Shown here piece after piece: positions 44,269 to 54,119 of a stretch of 64,000 nucleotides of DNA. Source of the DNA: an uncultured Gammaproteobacteria bacterium. GTDB taxonomy: Bacteria > Patescibacteriota > Patescibacteriia > UBA1558 > S5-K13. Position 1 is the stretch's first letter. Every line of letters starts with the position of its first letter. The stretch spans positions 207,542 through 271,541 of the forward strand of contig CAYRHT010000001.1 of NCBI GenBank assembly GCA_964424195.1, written 5' to 3'. The notes beneath the pieces are model-generated. The model saw nothing but the letters and a program-made list of their open reading frames with translations. It did no database searches and was not told where the DNA came from. The translations under genes were made by a program, and so were the position numbers.

Positions 44269-47200
44269 ATGAATAAACAAGAAGCAAAAAATCTCATTGA
44301 AAATACTTTTAGCAGTGATTTTGATGCAGATAAATATCAAAAGTTTGTAGTAAATCTTTTCAAAAAATATTCTGAAAGTAATTCTTCTCCTACAATAAAA
44401 AATGCTTATCAAGCTTTCATAACTAAATACACAATAATCGGAACTTTTGAAGATAGTGAAAACAATAAGATAGATATCTTGGAAGTTCATCTAAGTAAAG
44501 AATCAACATTAGAACGAGCTAGAACAGCTCAAAGAAACTTTGTAGCAGAATATCTTAAATCAAGAAACAAGGAAGCCGCTTTAGTTGCTTTCATTTCACC
44601 TAATAATAAGGAGTGGCGATTATCTTTTGTAAAATTAGAGCACACATTAGAAGTAATTGACAAAAAAATAAAAGCAAAAGAAGAAATAACTCTTGCTAAA
44701 AGATGGTCATTTTTAGTAGGAGAATACGAAGGGAGTCATACTGCACAAAGTAGATTCGTGAATTTATTGATGAGTGATAAAGAACCAAATTTAGCAGAGT
44801 TTGAAGTAGCTTTTGATATAGAAATAGTTACAAAAGAATTTTTTAAAAAATACACGGAGTTATTTTTTCAATTTAAAGAAAAACTTGATGAATTGTTAGA
44901 AAAAGATGAAATAATAAAAAAAGATTTTAAAGAAAAAGAAATTTCAACAGTTGATTTTGCTAAAAAAACTCTGGGACAAATTGTTTTTTTATATTTTTTA
45001 CAAAAAAAAGGATGGTTTGGCGTTCCTGCTGATAAAAAATGGGGAGAGGGTCCTAAGAAATTTATAAGAGTATTATTTGAACGACGGGAAAAATATGGTA
45101 GTAATTTTTTTAATGATATTTTAGAACCATTATTTTATGAAGCTCTTGCTCAAGATCGTGGTAAGGAATCGATTTATCCACGATTAAATAATTGTAGGAT
45201 GCCATTTTTAAACGGTGGACTTTTTGAGCCAATGAATGATTATAAATGGGAAACAACTGACATTATAATTCCAGATGAACTTTTTTCAAATAATATAAAG
45301 ACTAAGGAAGGTGATATTGGGACTGGTATTTTAGATGTATTTGATAGATATAATTTTACTGTGAATGAAAATGAGCCATTAGAAAAAGAAGTTGCAGTTG
45401 ATCCTGAAATGTTAGGTAAAGTTTTTGAAAATCTTCTTGACATAAAAGACAGAAAAAGTAAGGGAGCATTTTACACCCCTCGTGAAATTGTTCATTATAT
45501 GTGTCAAGAAAGTCTTATTAATTATCTTGAAACCGAAACTAAAAATAAAATACTACGAGAAGATCTGGAATTTCTTATTCACAAAGGGGATAGAATAATT
45601 GAAAATGATAAGGTGTCTTTAGAAAAAACAAAAGGAGGTAAATATCCAAATGAGTATTATAAAATATTTACACCTGATTCAATTATAGCAAATGTAATAT
45701 TGCTTAATGAATTATTAAAAAATATAAAAGTAGCTGATCCAGCCGTTGGTTCAGGAGCTTTTCCATTAGGAATGATTAATGAGATTGTTCGAGCTAGAAA
45801 AGTTTTGAATATTTATCTTAATGAAGATGTTTCTGATTATGAATTAAAAAAACATGCTATAACTCACTCTATTTATGGAGTTGATATTGATTCTGGAGCG
45901 GTGGATATTGCTAAACTTCGTCTTTGGTTAGCGCTAGTTGTGGATGAAGATACTCCTCATCCCCTTCCTAATCTTGAACATAAAATAATGCAAGGAAATA
46001 GTTTAATTTCTGAATATGAAGGAATAAAATTATTTGATGATTCTATTTTAGATGATGCTCGAATTATTAAAGACGGAAAAGATGTAACTGATGAAAAAAT
46101 TTCTTTGTTACAAAAAGAATATTTTAATCTTCATGCCAATAAACAGTTAACTGCTACCAAGGAAATAGAGATAAAAAAAGAGATTAAATCACTTCAACGA
46201 AAATCAAAAGATTTTGTTAATAAATTAGAAGTATTTAAAGGAAATGCTAGTATTTTTGATGTTCCAGAAAAAAGGAAGATTGCTCAAGAGAAGACTGTTC
46301 TTTTGCAAAGAAAAATTAAGGAATATATTTCTGAATCACGAAGAAGTCAAAAACAAAATCTTAAGGAAGAAATTGATAATTTAAAATGGGATCTTATTGA
46401 AGTTTCTTTGGAAGAGCAAAATAAATTAGATGAAAAAAAATTAAAGAAGATTCGAGATTATAAAAAATCAAATACAAAACCTTTTTTTATTTGGAAATTG
46501 GAATTTAGTGATGTTTTTAAGAAAAAAGGTGGCTTTGATATTGTGATTGGAAATCCACCATATGTAAGTGTTAAGAAGATTTCCATAGATAATAAAAAAC
46601 TCTTTTCTGAATTATTTGAGACTGGAAAAGGTAGATTTAATCTTTTTACTTTGTTTTTAGAAAAAGGACAAAAGTTATTAAAATCCGATGGCGTTTTAAG
46701 TTATATTTTACCAGAAGTATTGTACACAAATTCAGAATATAGATATATTAGAAAATACTTATTAGAGAAGACACAAATACTTTCTATTTCCAATTTTTCC
46801 TCGCGTGTCTTTGAGGCTTCTGTAGATACGTCCGTCATAGTCATAAAAAATGGGTACAATCAAAAATCTAAAATAAAAGTATTATTAGACCTGTCTTCAG
46901 TTATCACAACAATTAAACAAGCTGAAATTAACGACATCATCTTAACTAAAAACCCCGATAGTGTTAAGTCTATTTTAGACAAAATAAACTTAGGAAAGGA
47001 CAGGCTATCTAATATTATTGAAGTACAACAAGGTATAATATACTCTGGTCAAAAAAAAGAAGATGTATTTTCTAATAAAAAATTCGATAGCACATATAAA
47101 AAAATATTAGATGGTAGGGATATAAGTAAATACTCAATTAATTATAATTTTAAAAAAGAAAACAGGTACATTAAATATACAAGACAATTACATAGACCAA

Positions 47201-47655
47201 GAGAAGAAAGACTGTTTTTAGCAGAAGAGAAAATAATTTTTCCTAGAAGAAGTATGTTTTTCATGTGCACTATCGATTTCAAACAGTTTTATCTTTTGAA
47301 TACAGCGTATATTTGCTTATTAACAAATTCTAAGTATTCTTTAAAATATATTTTAGGTATTCTTAATTCCAAAGTTGTAAATTTTTTATATTCAAAAACT
47401 TATATTGGTTGGCAGATTACGATTCCAGCCATAAATGCATTACCTATTCCTGAAATTACGCCTAATGAGCAAAAACCCTTTATCGATCTCGTAGATCAAA
47501 TTTTAGAAATTACTTCTCAAGAAAATTATGATTTCAAAAACTCACCAATTCAGCAAAGGGAACTAGAAAAGAAAATAGATGAAATGGTTTATGAATTATA
47601 TGGATTAACTAAAGAAGAGATTGGGGTTATTGAAGAGAGTTTTAATAAAGTATAA
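44269..47655 (+). CDS. Type IIG/Eco57I-like N6-adenine DNA methyltransferase with C-terminal target-recognition domain
   Basis: PFLNGGLF, GAFYTP, DPAVGSGAF (motif I), GNPPY (motif IV), TaqI_C-like YILGILNS. Confidence 0.9.
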   Translation: MNKQEAKNLIENTFSSDFDADKYQKFVVNLFKKYSESNSSPTIKNAYQAFITKYTIIGTFEDSENNKIDILEVHLSKESTLERARTAQRNFVAEYLKSRNKEAALVAFISPNNKEWRLSFVKLEHTLEVIDKKIKAKEEITLAKRWSFLVGEYEGSHTAQSRFVNLLMSDKEPNLAEFEVAFDIEIVTKEFFKKYTELFFQFKEKLDELLEKDEIIKKDFKEKEISTVDFAKKTLGQIVFLYFLQKKGWFGVPADKKWGEGPKKFIRVLFERREKYGSNFFNDILEPLFYEALAQDRGKESIYPRLNNCRMPFLNGGLFEPMNDYKWETTDIIIPDELFSNNIKTKEGDIGTGILDVFDRYNFTVNENEPLEKEVAVDPEMLGKVFENLLDIKDRKSKGAFYTPREIVHYMCQESLINYLETETKNKILREDLEFLIHKGDRIIENDKVSLEKTKGGKYPNEYYKIFTPDSIIANVILLNELLKNIKVADPAVGSGAFPLGMINEIVRARKVLNIYLNEDVSDYELKKHAITHSIYGVDIDSGAVDIAKLRLWLALVVDEDTPHPLPNLEHKIMQGNSLISEYEGIKLFDDSILDDARIIKDGKDVTDEKISLLQKEYFNLHANKQLTATKEIEIKKEIKSLQRKSKDFVNKLEVFKGNASIFDVPEKRKIAQEKTVLLQRKIKEYISESRRSQKQNLKEEIDNLKWDLIEVSLEEQNKLDEKKLKKIRDYKKSNTKPFFIWKLEFSDVFKKKGGFDIVIGNPPYVSVKKISIDNKKLFSELFETGKGRFNLFTLFLEKGQKLLKSDGVLSYILPEVLYTNSEYRYIRKYLLEKTQILSISNFSSRVFEASVDTSVIVIKNGYNQKSKIKVLLDLSSVITTIKQAEINDIILTKNPDSVKSILDKINLGKDRLSNIIEVQQGIIYSGQKKEDVFSNKKFDSTYKKILDGRDISKYSINYNFKKENRYIKYTRQLHRPREERLFLAEEKIIFPRRSMFFMCTIDFKQFYLLNTAYICLLTNSKYSLKYILGILNSKVVNFLYSKTYIGWQITIPAINALPIPEITPNEQKPFIDLVDQILEITSQENYDFKNSPIQQRELEKKIDEMVYELYGLTKEEIGVIEESFNKV

Positions 47656-47669
47656 TCTATAAAAGTATT

Positions 47670-48809
47670 ATGGAAAAAAATAAACAACAAAATAGCTCAC
47701 GTCCTAATCAAAAGACAGCAATAAAACTTTTAATTGCTTCTGGCGGTCGTTGTTCTTTTAACGGTTGTAATGAATATTTATTAAAAGATAATTTAACTCT
47801 TCGTGAATATAATGCTAGTAACATTGCTCATATTGTTGCTTTAAAAAAGAATGGTCCTAGAGGAGACAGTAAATTAACAATAAATGAAAGAAATGAAATT
47901 GATAATTTAATGTTAGTTTGTCGAAAACATCATTGTTTGATTGATAATAAAAGTTTAGTTAAAAAATATCCTGTTAATTTATTAAAAAAATATAAAAGAG
48001 AGCATGAAAATAGAATTTTTAGATTAACTGGACTATCTCCAGAGAGAAAAACAAAAGTAATTATTTTTAAGTTTAAAATTGGTAACGATTTGGTTAAAAT
48101 TTCTAATGAAGATATTTATGAGGCAATTCATCCTTATTATCCAGTGGATAATAGTGTAGAGATTGATTGTACTATTGGTGACTTGGGAACAAAAAAATAT
48201 TATGAATGTATTGTAGAGCATATTAAAACAAAAGTAGATAATTTTAATAATTTTGAAAATGTTAAGCACGTTTCCGTTTTTGCTTTAGCTCCTATTCCTT
48301 TGCTTATATATCTTGGTAATTGTTTAAGTAATAAAGTAAAACTAGAATTATTTCAAAGACATAGAACTGTTCCCGAGACATGGAAATGGAAAACACGGCA
48401 GAAGGTTAGTAATTTTGAATTTAAACAAGTAAACAAAAATAAAAATAAAAATGAAGTGGGTTTAATACTTGAACTTAGTGGTTCTGTTAACTTAGATACA
48501 ATTCCAAGAAAAATTATAAATAATTTACCTGTTTATAAAATAACATTAAAAAATGAAGAATTAACACCAACGTTTTTAAAATCTAGAAAAACTTTAAATA
48601 ATTTTAAGGAGGTTTATCAATCTGCATTAAGAAAAATAAGTCAAGGGGGAAAAACGAAAAAAATTCATTTATTTCCAGCTGTGCCAGCACCCATTGCAGT
48701 ATTGCTTGGAAGAGAAGTGTTAAAAAAAATTGATCCCGATATTCTAGTATACGATAATAATAAACAAAAAGGGGGATTTTATCCCGTATTAACAATAAAA
48801 AATAAATAA
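47670..48809 (+). CDS. cap5: CBASS effector, HNH-SAVED (Cap5-like)
   Basis: SGGRCSFNGC...AHI...GPRG...NLMLVCRKHHCLID (HNH); SVFALAPIPLLIYLG, FQRHR...W.W, IHLFPAVPAPIAVLLG (SAVED). Confidence 0.88.
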   Translation: MEKNKQQNSSRPNQKTAIKLLIASGGRCSFNGCNEYLLKDNLTLREYNASNIAHIVALKKNGPRGDSKLTINERNEIDNLMLVCRKHHCLIDNKSLVKKYPVNLLKKYKREHENRIFRLTGLSPERKTKVIIFKFKIGNDLVKISNEDIYEAIHPYYPVDNSVEIDCTIGDLGTKKYYECIVEHIKTKVDNFNNFENVKHVSVFALAPIPLLIYLGNCLSNKVKLELFQRHRTVPETWKWKTRQKVSNFEFKQVNKNKNKNEVGLILELSGSVNLDTIPRKIINNLPVYKITLKNEELTPTFLKSRKTLNNFKEVYQSALRKISQGGKTKKIHLFPAVPAPIAVLLGREVLKKIDPDILVYDNNKQKGGFYPVLTIKNK

Positions 48810-48810
48810 T

Positions 48811-50142
48811 ATGAAAATTAATGATTTTTTGAATGATATAATTTCGAGTCAAGATATAAAAAAAGATGATGAAGAAATAAAAAAATTACAAGATGAAAGA
48901 GAAAAGGTACAAACTCTTGTGAATGATTCTTATGGTGATACAAAGAAAATGATTAGATATGGTGGTTCTTATGCTAAAGATACAATGATAAGGGATAGTT
49001 TTGATTTAGATATTCTTTGTTATTTTCATGCAGATGAAACAACGGCTGGTAACACTTTAGAAGAAATTTATGATAATCTAAAGGAAGTTCTTTCAGAAGA
49101 ATATTATATAGATCCTAAAAGATCCGCTATTAGGTTAAAAAATAAAGATGATGAAGTTGATTTTCATATCGATTTTGTGCCAGGAAGATTTGTTGAGGGA
49201 AAAGAAGGTGATGCTTTTCTATATCAAAAGGGAGCTGAGAAAGATCGTCTTAAAACAAATCCAGACAAACATATTAAATACATAAAGGAAAGTCAGTTAA
49301 CAGATATAATAAAATTAATTAAAATATGGAAATGTATTTACAATATTGATTTAAAAACTTTTATTCTGGAATTGTTAATTGTTAAAATCTTAAAAGATAG
49401 TAAGAAAAAGTCAATTTCAGAAAAATTAGAAATATTTTTTACAAAAATAAAAGACGAAGTTGGAAATATGACAATTGAAGATCCTGCTAATTCTAATAAT
49501 GATTTATCAGAACTATTTGATCAAAAAATTAGAGATACTTTAAAACAATACGCTCAGACAGCTATAGATAATATTGAAGAAGAGGATTGGTTGGGAGTAT
49601 TTGATAATAAATTTGAAATTGATGATGAAACGGAAGAAAGTGATGACAATAAATCTTTGGCTTTAATGGATATATCTCATTGTCAACAACCAAAATGGTT
49701 AATATCTGAATCTCCTTGTAGTGTAGAAATAAGATGTTTTATTAAAGATAAAAACGGCGAGGATAGAGAGGAACTTAAGTCAGATGATAAAAATATAGTA
49801 GATGATTTGATATTAGAATATAGGGCTGAAGTTTCTAATTGTTTTGATGATTACGATATTTATTGGCAAGTGGTGAATACTGGGTATCACGCTGAAAGAG
49901 ATGATGGATTAAGAGGGGAGTTTTTTAAGGGTAAGGATTTAGTCGGAGATTTAACTGAAGATCAGAGGTTGAATTATGAGTTTAGCATGTATAGAGGGAA
50001 ACATTGGATAGAATGTTTTATTGTTAGGGATAATAATTTATTAGCTAGGAGTGGTCGTTTTTATGTGAATATTTTACCAACTTTTAAAAAACCTAGAATA
50101 AAGAAACGTAATAGCATTCCTTATTATAGACGTAAATATTAA
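48811..50142 (+). CDS. CBASS CD-NTase (SMODS) fused to an AGS-C domain
   Basis: GSYAKDTMIRDSFDLD, IDFVP, TNP..H, LIKLIKIWK, EDPAN; C-terminal WQVVNTG..A...LRGEF...YRGKHWIECFIV. Confidence 0.88.
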   Translation: MKINDFLNDIISSQDIKKDDEEIKKLQDEREKVQTLVNDSYGDTKKMIRYGGSYAKDTMIRDSFDLDILCYFHADETTAGNTLEEIYDNLKEVLSEEYYIDPKRSAIRLKNKDDEVDFHIDFVPGRFVEGKEGDAFLYQKGAEKDRLKTNPDKHIKYIKESQLTDIIKLIKIWKCIYNIDLKTFILELLIVKILKDSKKKSISEKLEIFFTKIKDEVGNMTIEDPANSNNDLSELFDQKIRDTLKQYAQTAIDNIEEEDWLGVFDNKFEIDDETEESDDNKSLALMDISHCQQPKWLISESPCSVEIRCFIKDKNGEDREELKSDDKNIVDDLILEYRAEVSNCFDDYDIYWQVVNTGYHAERDDGLRGEFFKGKDLVGDLTEDQRLNYEFSMYRGKHWIECFIVRDNNLLARSGRFYVNILPTFKKPRIKKRNSIPYYRRKY

Positions 50143-50158
50143 TTATTTTTAATTTTCA

Positions 50159-50444
50159 AGCGGTGCGCCACGCAAAGCGTGGCACGACCAATGATGTCTT
50201 CTCTCTGCCTACTCCCGTTTTACGGGATTCGGCAAGACGAGAAAGAAAGCCAAAAATTCTCGCCTCGCTTTCGCTCCGGCGAAGCGGGCTAAATTTCAAA
50301 GACGAAGGCGGGCGAAAATCTTTTACCCCCAGACCCCCGCTTTTCGCCCGCCTAAAATTCCGCATTAACCCTTCACTAGAGTTTCGGGTCACAAGTCGGA
50401 TTTTCTCGGAAAAAAGTTCGAATTTCGTTCGGGAGTCCAAGCCA
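50159..50444 (-). repeat. Right attachment arm (attR), GC-rich and hairpin-rich
   Basis: Inverted copy of 40366-40686; ends in core AAGCCA. Confidence 0.9.
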
Positions 50445-50449
50445 CCATT

Positions 50450-50475
50450 AAATAGAGCCTAAAGCTCTATTTTTT
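50450..50475 (+). terminator. Intrinsic terminator, probably the displaced tRNA-Asn terminator
   Basis: AAATAGAGC-loop-GCTCTATTT plus T run immediately after the right core. Confidence 0.75.
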
Positions 50476-50624
50476 GTTTTTTTAATTTTAAATTTATTTA
50501 TTATTACTAGTTTTTGACATTGGTGTTGACTTATATTTATTAATATTTTATACTTTATCATTATCAAATTATTGGTAATCTTACTAAGAAGTGCTTAGGA
50601 AATTTTTCAAAAAAGGAGGTTGTA

Positions 50625-51035
50625 ATGAAAGCTAATCTTTCTTTGTATGTTGGTTGTGCTTTGACACATGCTCCTGAAGAGTTTAAACAAAATGTGCAAA
50701 CTCTGAAGGATAGACTAAAAGAAGTTTGTAATGTTCTAGAGTTTGTTGGTTTAACCAATGGTACTAACAATGACGTCTATAACCACGATATTAATGTTTG
50801 TGTTCGTGGTTGTGATCTTTTCGTTGCTATTTGTGATATGCCTTCAATCGGTCTGGGTTATGAATTAGGAACTCAAGTTGAAGACCGTAAAATGCCAGCA
50901 TTAGCCGTTGCTCAGGCGGATCCAATAGTAACTCGTTTGGTTTTAGGAATTCTTAAGCCACATTATAAATTCCAGAGATATAAGGATTTTGATGATCTTT
51001 ATAATATAATCATCAAGAAACTTGAAACACTTTGA
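50625..51035 (+). CDS. Nucleoside 2-deoxyribosyltransferase / RCL-like protein
   Basis: LYVG, DVYNHD...CDLFVA...PSIGLGYELG; AGGAGG SD. Confidence 0.75.
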   Translation: MKANLSLYVGCALTHAPEEFKQNVQTLKDRLKEVCNVLEFVGLTNGTNNDVYNHDINVCVRGCDLFVAICDMPSIGLGYELGTQVEDRKMPALAVAQADPIVTRLVLGILKPHYKFQRYKDFDDLYNIIIKKLETL

Positions 51036-51142
51036 AAGTGAAAAATTGAGTCGTATGGTTTGCCCAGCGACTCTTTTATTATAAATATTTTTAAGCTCTA
51101 TTTTTTTTGTTTTACAAAACATTATTATGATATAATTAAAAT

Positions 51143-51271
51143 ATGATCAAAAAGAAAGTTATTATGTTTATCTTGTATTTAATATTAATATGCAATGTTA
51201 CTGGCATGTTAATCTATTTTTACAAGATTTTTCAAGAAAATCCTCCAAGTTTCATTATTAGAGGTTTTTAA
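51143..51271 (+). CDS. Possible small single-TM protein (42 aa)
   Basis: MIKKKVIMFILYLILICNVTGMLIYFYKIFQENPPSFIIRGF; TGaTATAAT ends 6 nt upstream. Confidence 0.35.
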   Translation: MIKKKVIMFILYLILICNVTGMLIYFYKIFQENPPSFIIRGF

Positions 51272-51317
51272 TTTATGTTATAATGCATAGTACCTCATTA
51301 AGTAATATACTAAATTT

Positions 51318-51632
51318 ATGGATGCTCAGTTTAAAAAAGGAGTTTTAGAGATAATAGTTTTAAATTTACTTTTGAAAAAAGACTATTATGGTTATGAATT
51401 AGTAGACGAGATGTCAAAAGAAATATCTATTTCTGAAGGAACTATTTATCCTTTATTAACTAGATTAGTAAAATTTAAGTATGTGACAACATATTTAAAA
51501 GAATCTAAATTAGGTCCAGCAAGGAAGTATTACAAATTAAGTTCTCGTGGTAAAGAAAGAGCTCGGAAAATTAAAAATACTTGGATTCTTTTTTCAAAGA
51601 GAGTAAATAATATGTTAAAAAATAATAATTAA
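51318..51632 (+). CDS. PadR-family transcriptional regulator
   Basis: [30 protein letters not shown]. Confidence 0.93.
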   Translation: MDAQFKKGVLEIIVLNLLLKKDYYGYELVDEMSKEISISEGTIYPLLTRLVKFKYVTTYLKESKLGPARKYYKLSSRGKERARKIKNTWILFSKRVNNMLKNNN

Positions 51633-51640
51633 TTAAATAT

Positions 51641-53785
51641 ATGAAAAATTTAAAAAAGGATTTAGAAAAAATAAATAATAAATCAAATATGAGTATTAAA
51701 AAAATTATAATTAGTATTATAGTTTTAGGAATTATTGGATTTATAGGCTATGTAGCTTTTAACCTTTATTTCCACAACGAATTTTTTAATTATCAGAATG
51801 TTCTGCAATCTCGTCCTAATACAGATGTATTAAAGAAGGATGTAATTCCTAAAGAAGTTAAGGCTAAGATTAAAAAATTTAAATCAGAAGAGGAATTTAA
51901 AGAGTATTTAAGTAAAGCTGGTAGTGATTCTCAATACGCTATGTATGGCTCAGGAATGAGAAATATGGCTGTTATGGAAGACTCTATAATGATGAAGGCT
52001 GAAACTTTAGCTGTTCCAAGTATGGATATGGATGGGGCTAGTGGAGGACAATCAGCAGAAAGAGTATCAGATACTAATACTCAAGTTTTGAGTATTGATG
52101 AACCAGATATTGTTAAAACAGATGGAGAAGATATCTATTATGCTCAAAATAACTATTATCGATACAAGAGTTTTGGAATGCCTCATAATCAAAATGCAGA
52201 GATTAAAGTTATTAAAGCTTTTCCACCAGCAGAGTTAGAAGAAATTGCTGAGATTGATAAGTCTGGCGATCTATTCCTTCATGAAAATACTTTAGTAGTT
52301 TTCTCTGGAAAAAGTATCTATGGTTATGATGTTAGTGATTCTCAAAATCCCGAAGAGAAATGGGAATTAGAGTTAGGAGATAATAATCATCTAATAGAGT
52401 CTAGATTGTATAACGGAGATATTTATTTAGTAACTAGGAATTATATTAATACCTATAGTCCTTGTCCAATTACTCCTTTTAGAATAGGTGAAGAAGAAAT
52501 AGAAATAAGGTGTGCTGATATTTATTACCCAACTATTCCAGTAGAAACAGATTCTACTTTTATTACTTTAAAAATTGATGCTCAATCTGGAGAAATAAAA
52601 GACAAGACTTCTTTTATCGGTTCTGCTAATTCCTCGGTAACTTATATGTCTGAATCAGCTATCTACGTCACTTACTTCTATAACAAAGATAACTTAGAGT
52701 TCTTTTCTAATTTCCTGAGCCAGAAATGTTCTGATTTAGTCCCAGAGAGCTTAATTAATAGCCTCAAGACCTTAAGTTCTTACAACATCAGCAATCAAGC
52801 TAAAATGACTGAAATGCAGGTTCTATTAGAGAAATTCTATACTGGTTTAGATAATGATGAAAGATTAAGAATAGAGAATGAATTTTCTAACAGAATGGAT
52901 GGATATCATAAAGAGCATATTAGAGAATTAGAAAAAACTGGAATTGTAAAAATTAATCTAGATGATTTTAAAGTAGATGCTAATGGAGAAGTTCCTGGTT
53001 ATCCTTTAAATCAATTTGCTTTAGATGAATATGAAGGTAATTTAAGAATGGCAACTACTGTGGGAGAAAGAACAGGTGGATTCTATTTCATTGGTAGAGG
53101 AGAGAGCTTAAATGATGTTTATGTTTTGGATAAGAAATTAAAGATAAAAGGCTCTGTTTTAAATCTCGGAGAAACTGAGAGAGTATATTCAGTTAGATTT
53201 GTAGGAGAAATGGCTTATGTAGTTACTTTCCGACAAACAGATCCATTCTATGTTTTAGACTTATCCAATCCTTCTCAGCCAGAATTAAAAGGCGAATTAA
53301 AGATTCCTGGATATTCTTCTTATCTCCACCCTGTTTCTAAGGATACTATTTTAGGAGTAGGTAAAGAAGGTTCCAAGGTAAAACTTTCTTTGTTTGACGT
53401 TTCTGATCCGACTGACCCTCAAGAAGTAAGTAAATATATGTTAGATGAGTATTGGTCAGAAGCAGTCAACAATCATCATGCTTTCTTATTAGACAAGAAA
53501 CATGGAGTATTCTTTATTCCTGGTGGAAAAGGAGCATATATTTTCTCTTATGATAATAATGAATTAACTTTAACTAAAGCTTTAAGTAAAACTGGAATTA
53601 AAAGAGCTTTATACTTAGATGATTACCTATACATCATTGGTCAATCTGAAATTAGTGTTTTGAATGAAAATGATTGGACTGAAGTCAATAAATTAGAATT
53701 TAGTGATATAGATAATTATGAACCAGTATTAGAAGATGATGATATGGAAAACCTTAGAGAAATAGAGGTTTTGAAGAATAGATAA
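51641..53785 (+). CDS. Secreted beta-propeller domain protein (Beta_propel/YncE-like)
   Basis: TNTQV..IDEPDIVKTDG, LNQFALDEY.G.LR.ATT, VVTFRQTDP, LKIPGYSSYLHP. Confidence 0.88.
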   Translation: MKNLKKDLEKINNKSNMSIKKIIISIIVLGIIGFIGYVAFNLYFHNEFFNYQNVLQSRPNTDVLKKDVIPKEVKAKIKKFKSEEEFKEYLSKAGSDSQYAMYGSGMRNMAVMEDSIMMKAETLAVPSMDMDGASGGQSAERVSDTNTQVLSIDEPDIVKTDGEDIYYAQNNYYRYKSFGMPHNQNAEIKVIKAFPPAELEEIAEIDKSGDLFLHENTLVVFSGKSIYGYDVSDSQNPEEKWELELGDNNHLIESRLYNGDIYLVTRNYINTYSPCPITPFRIGEEEIEIRCADIYYPTIPVETDSTFITLKIDAQSGEIKDKTSFIGSANSSVTYMSESAIYVTYFYNKDNLEFFSNFLSQKCSDLVPESLINSLKTLSSYNISNQAKMTEMQVLLEKFYTGLDNDERLRIENEFSNRMDGYHKEHIRELEKTGIVKINLDDFKVDANGEVPGYPLNQFALDEYEGNLRMATTVGERTGGFYFIGRGESLNDVYVLDKKLKIKGSVLNLGETERVYSVRFVGEMAYVVTFRQTDPFYVLDLSNPSQPELKGELKIPGYSSYLHPVSKDTILGVGKEGSKVKLSLFDVSDPTDPQEVSKYMLDEYWSEAVNNHHAFLLDKKHGVFFIPGGKGAYIFSYDNNELTLTKALSKTGIKRALYLDDYLYIIGQSEISVLNENDWTEVNKLEFSDIDNYEPVLEDDDMENLREIEVLKNR

Positions 53786-53802
53786 AGATATAATAATATA
53801 TT

Positions 53803-53829
53803 AAACCCTGTTGAAAAACAGGGTTTTTT
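53803..53829 (+). terminator. Intrinsic terminator
   Basis: AAACCCTGTT-loop-AACAGGGTTT plus T run. Confidence 0.8.
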
Positions 53830-53830
53830 C

Positions 53831-53859
53831 TTGACTTTTTTCTTTATTATAGCTATACT
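53831..53859 (+). promoter_or_regulatory. secE-nusG promoter
   Basis: TTGACT-N17-TATACT. Confidence 0.65.
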
Positions 53860-53915
53860 AATCACAGTTAGTTAGATTTCTAGCTATACTTTTTTGTTAT
53901 TTATTAAAATATAAT

Positions 53916-54101
53916 ATGATTAAAAAATTTACAAAATACATTAAAGATTCTATTACTGAACTTAAGAAGGTTGTATGGCCTACTAAAAAAGAGGTTATTA
54001 AAAAAACTGGACAAGTATTGTTTATCAGCTTGTTTGTTTCTTTCTTCTTAGGAGTAGTAGATTTTGCTTTAACAAGAATTTTAGAAAATTTCGTTAAATA
54101 A
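53916..54101 (+). CDS. secE: Preprotein translocase SecE
   Basis: ELKKVVWPT plus one TM; precedes nusG. Confidence 0.95.
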   Translation: MIKKFTKYIKDSITELKKVVWPTKKEVIKKTGQVLFISLFVSFFLGVVDFALTRILENFVK

Positions 54102-54119
54102 ATTATTTAAAATAAATTT

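Larger units (their letters stand above)
38690..50444. mobile_element. Integrative defence island at the tRNA-Asn 3' end
   Basis: Direct core AAGCCA at 38690-38695 (tRNA end) and 50439-50444, the latter followed by a terminator; serine recombinase at the left end; defence cargo. Confidence 0.88.

Noticed and set aside
40262-50444. Interpretation as an IS or composite transposon with terminal inverted repeats
   Set aside because: No transposase; the repeats correspond to att arms of the serine recombinase.
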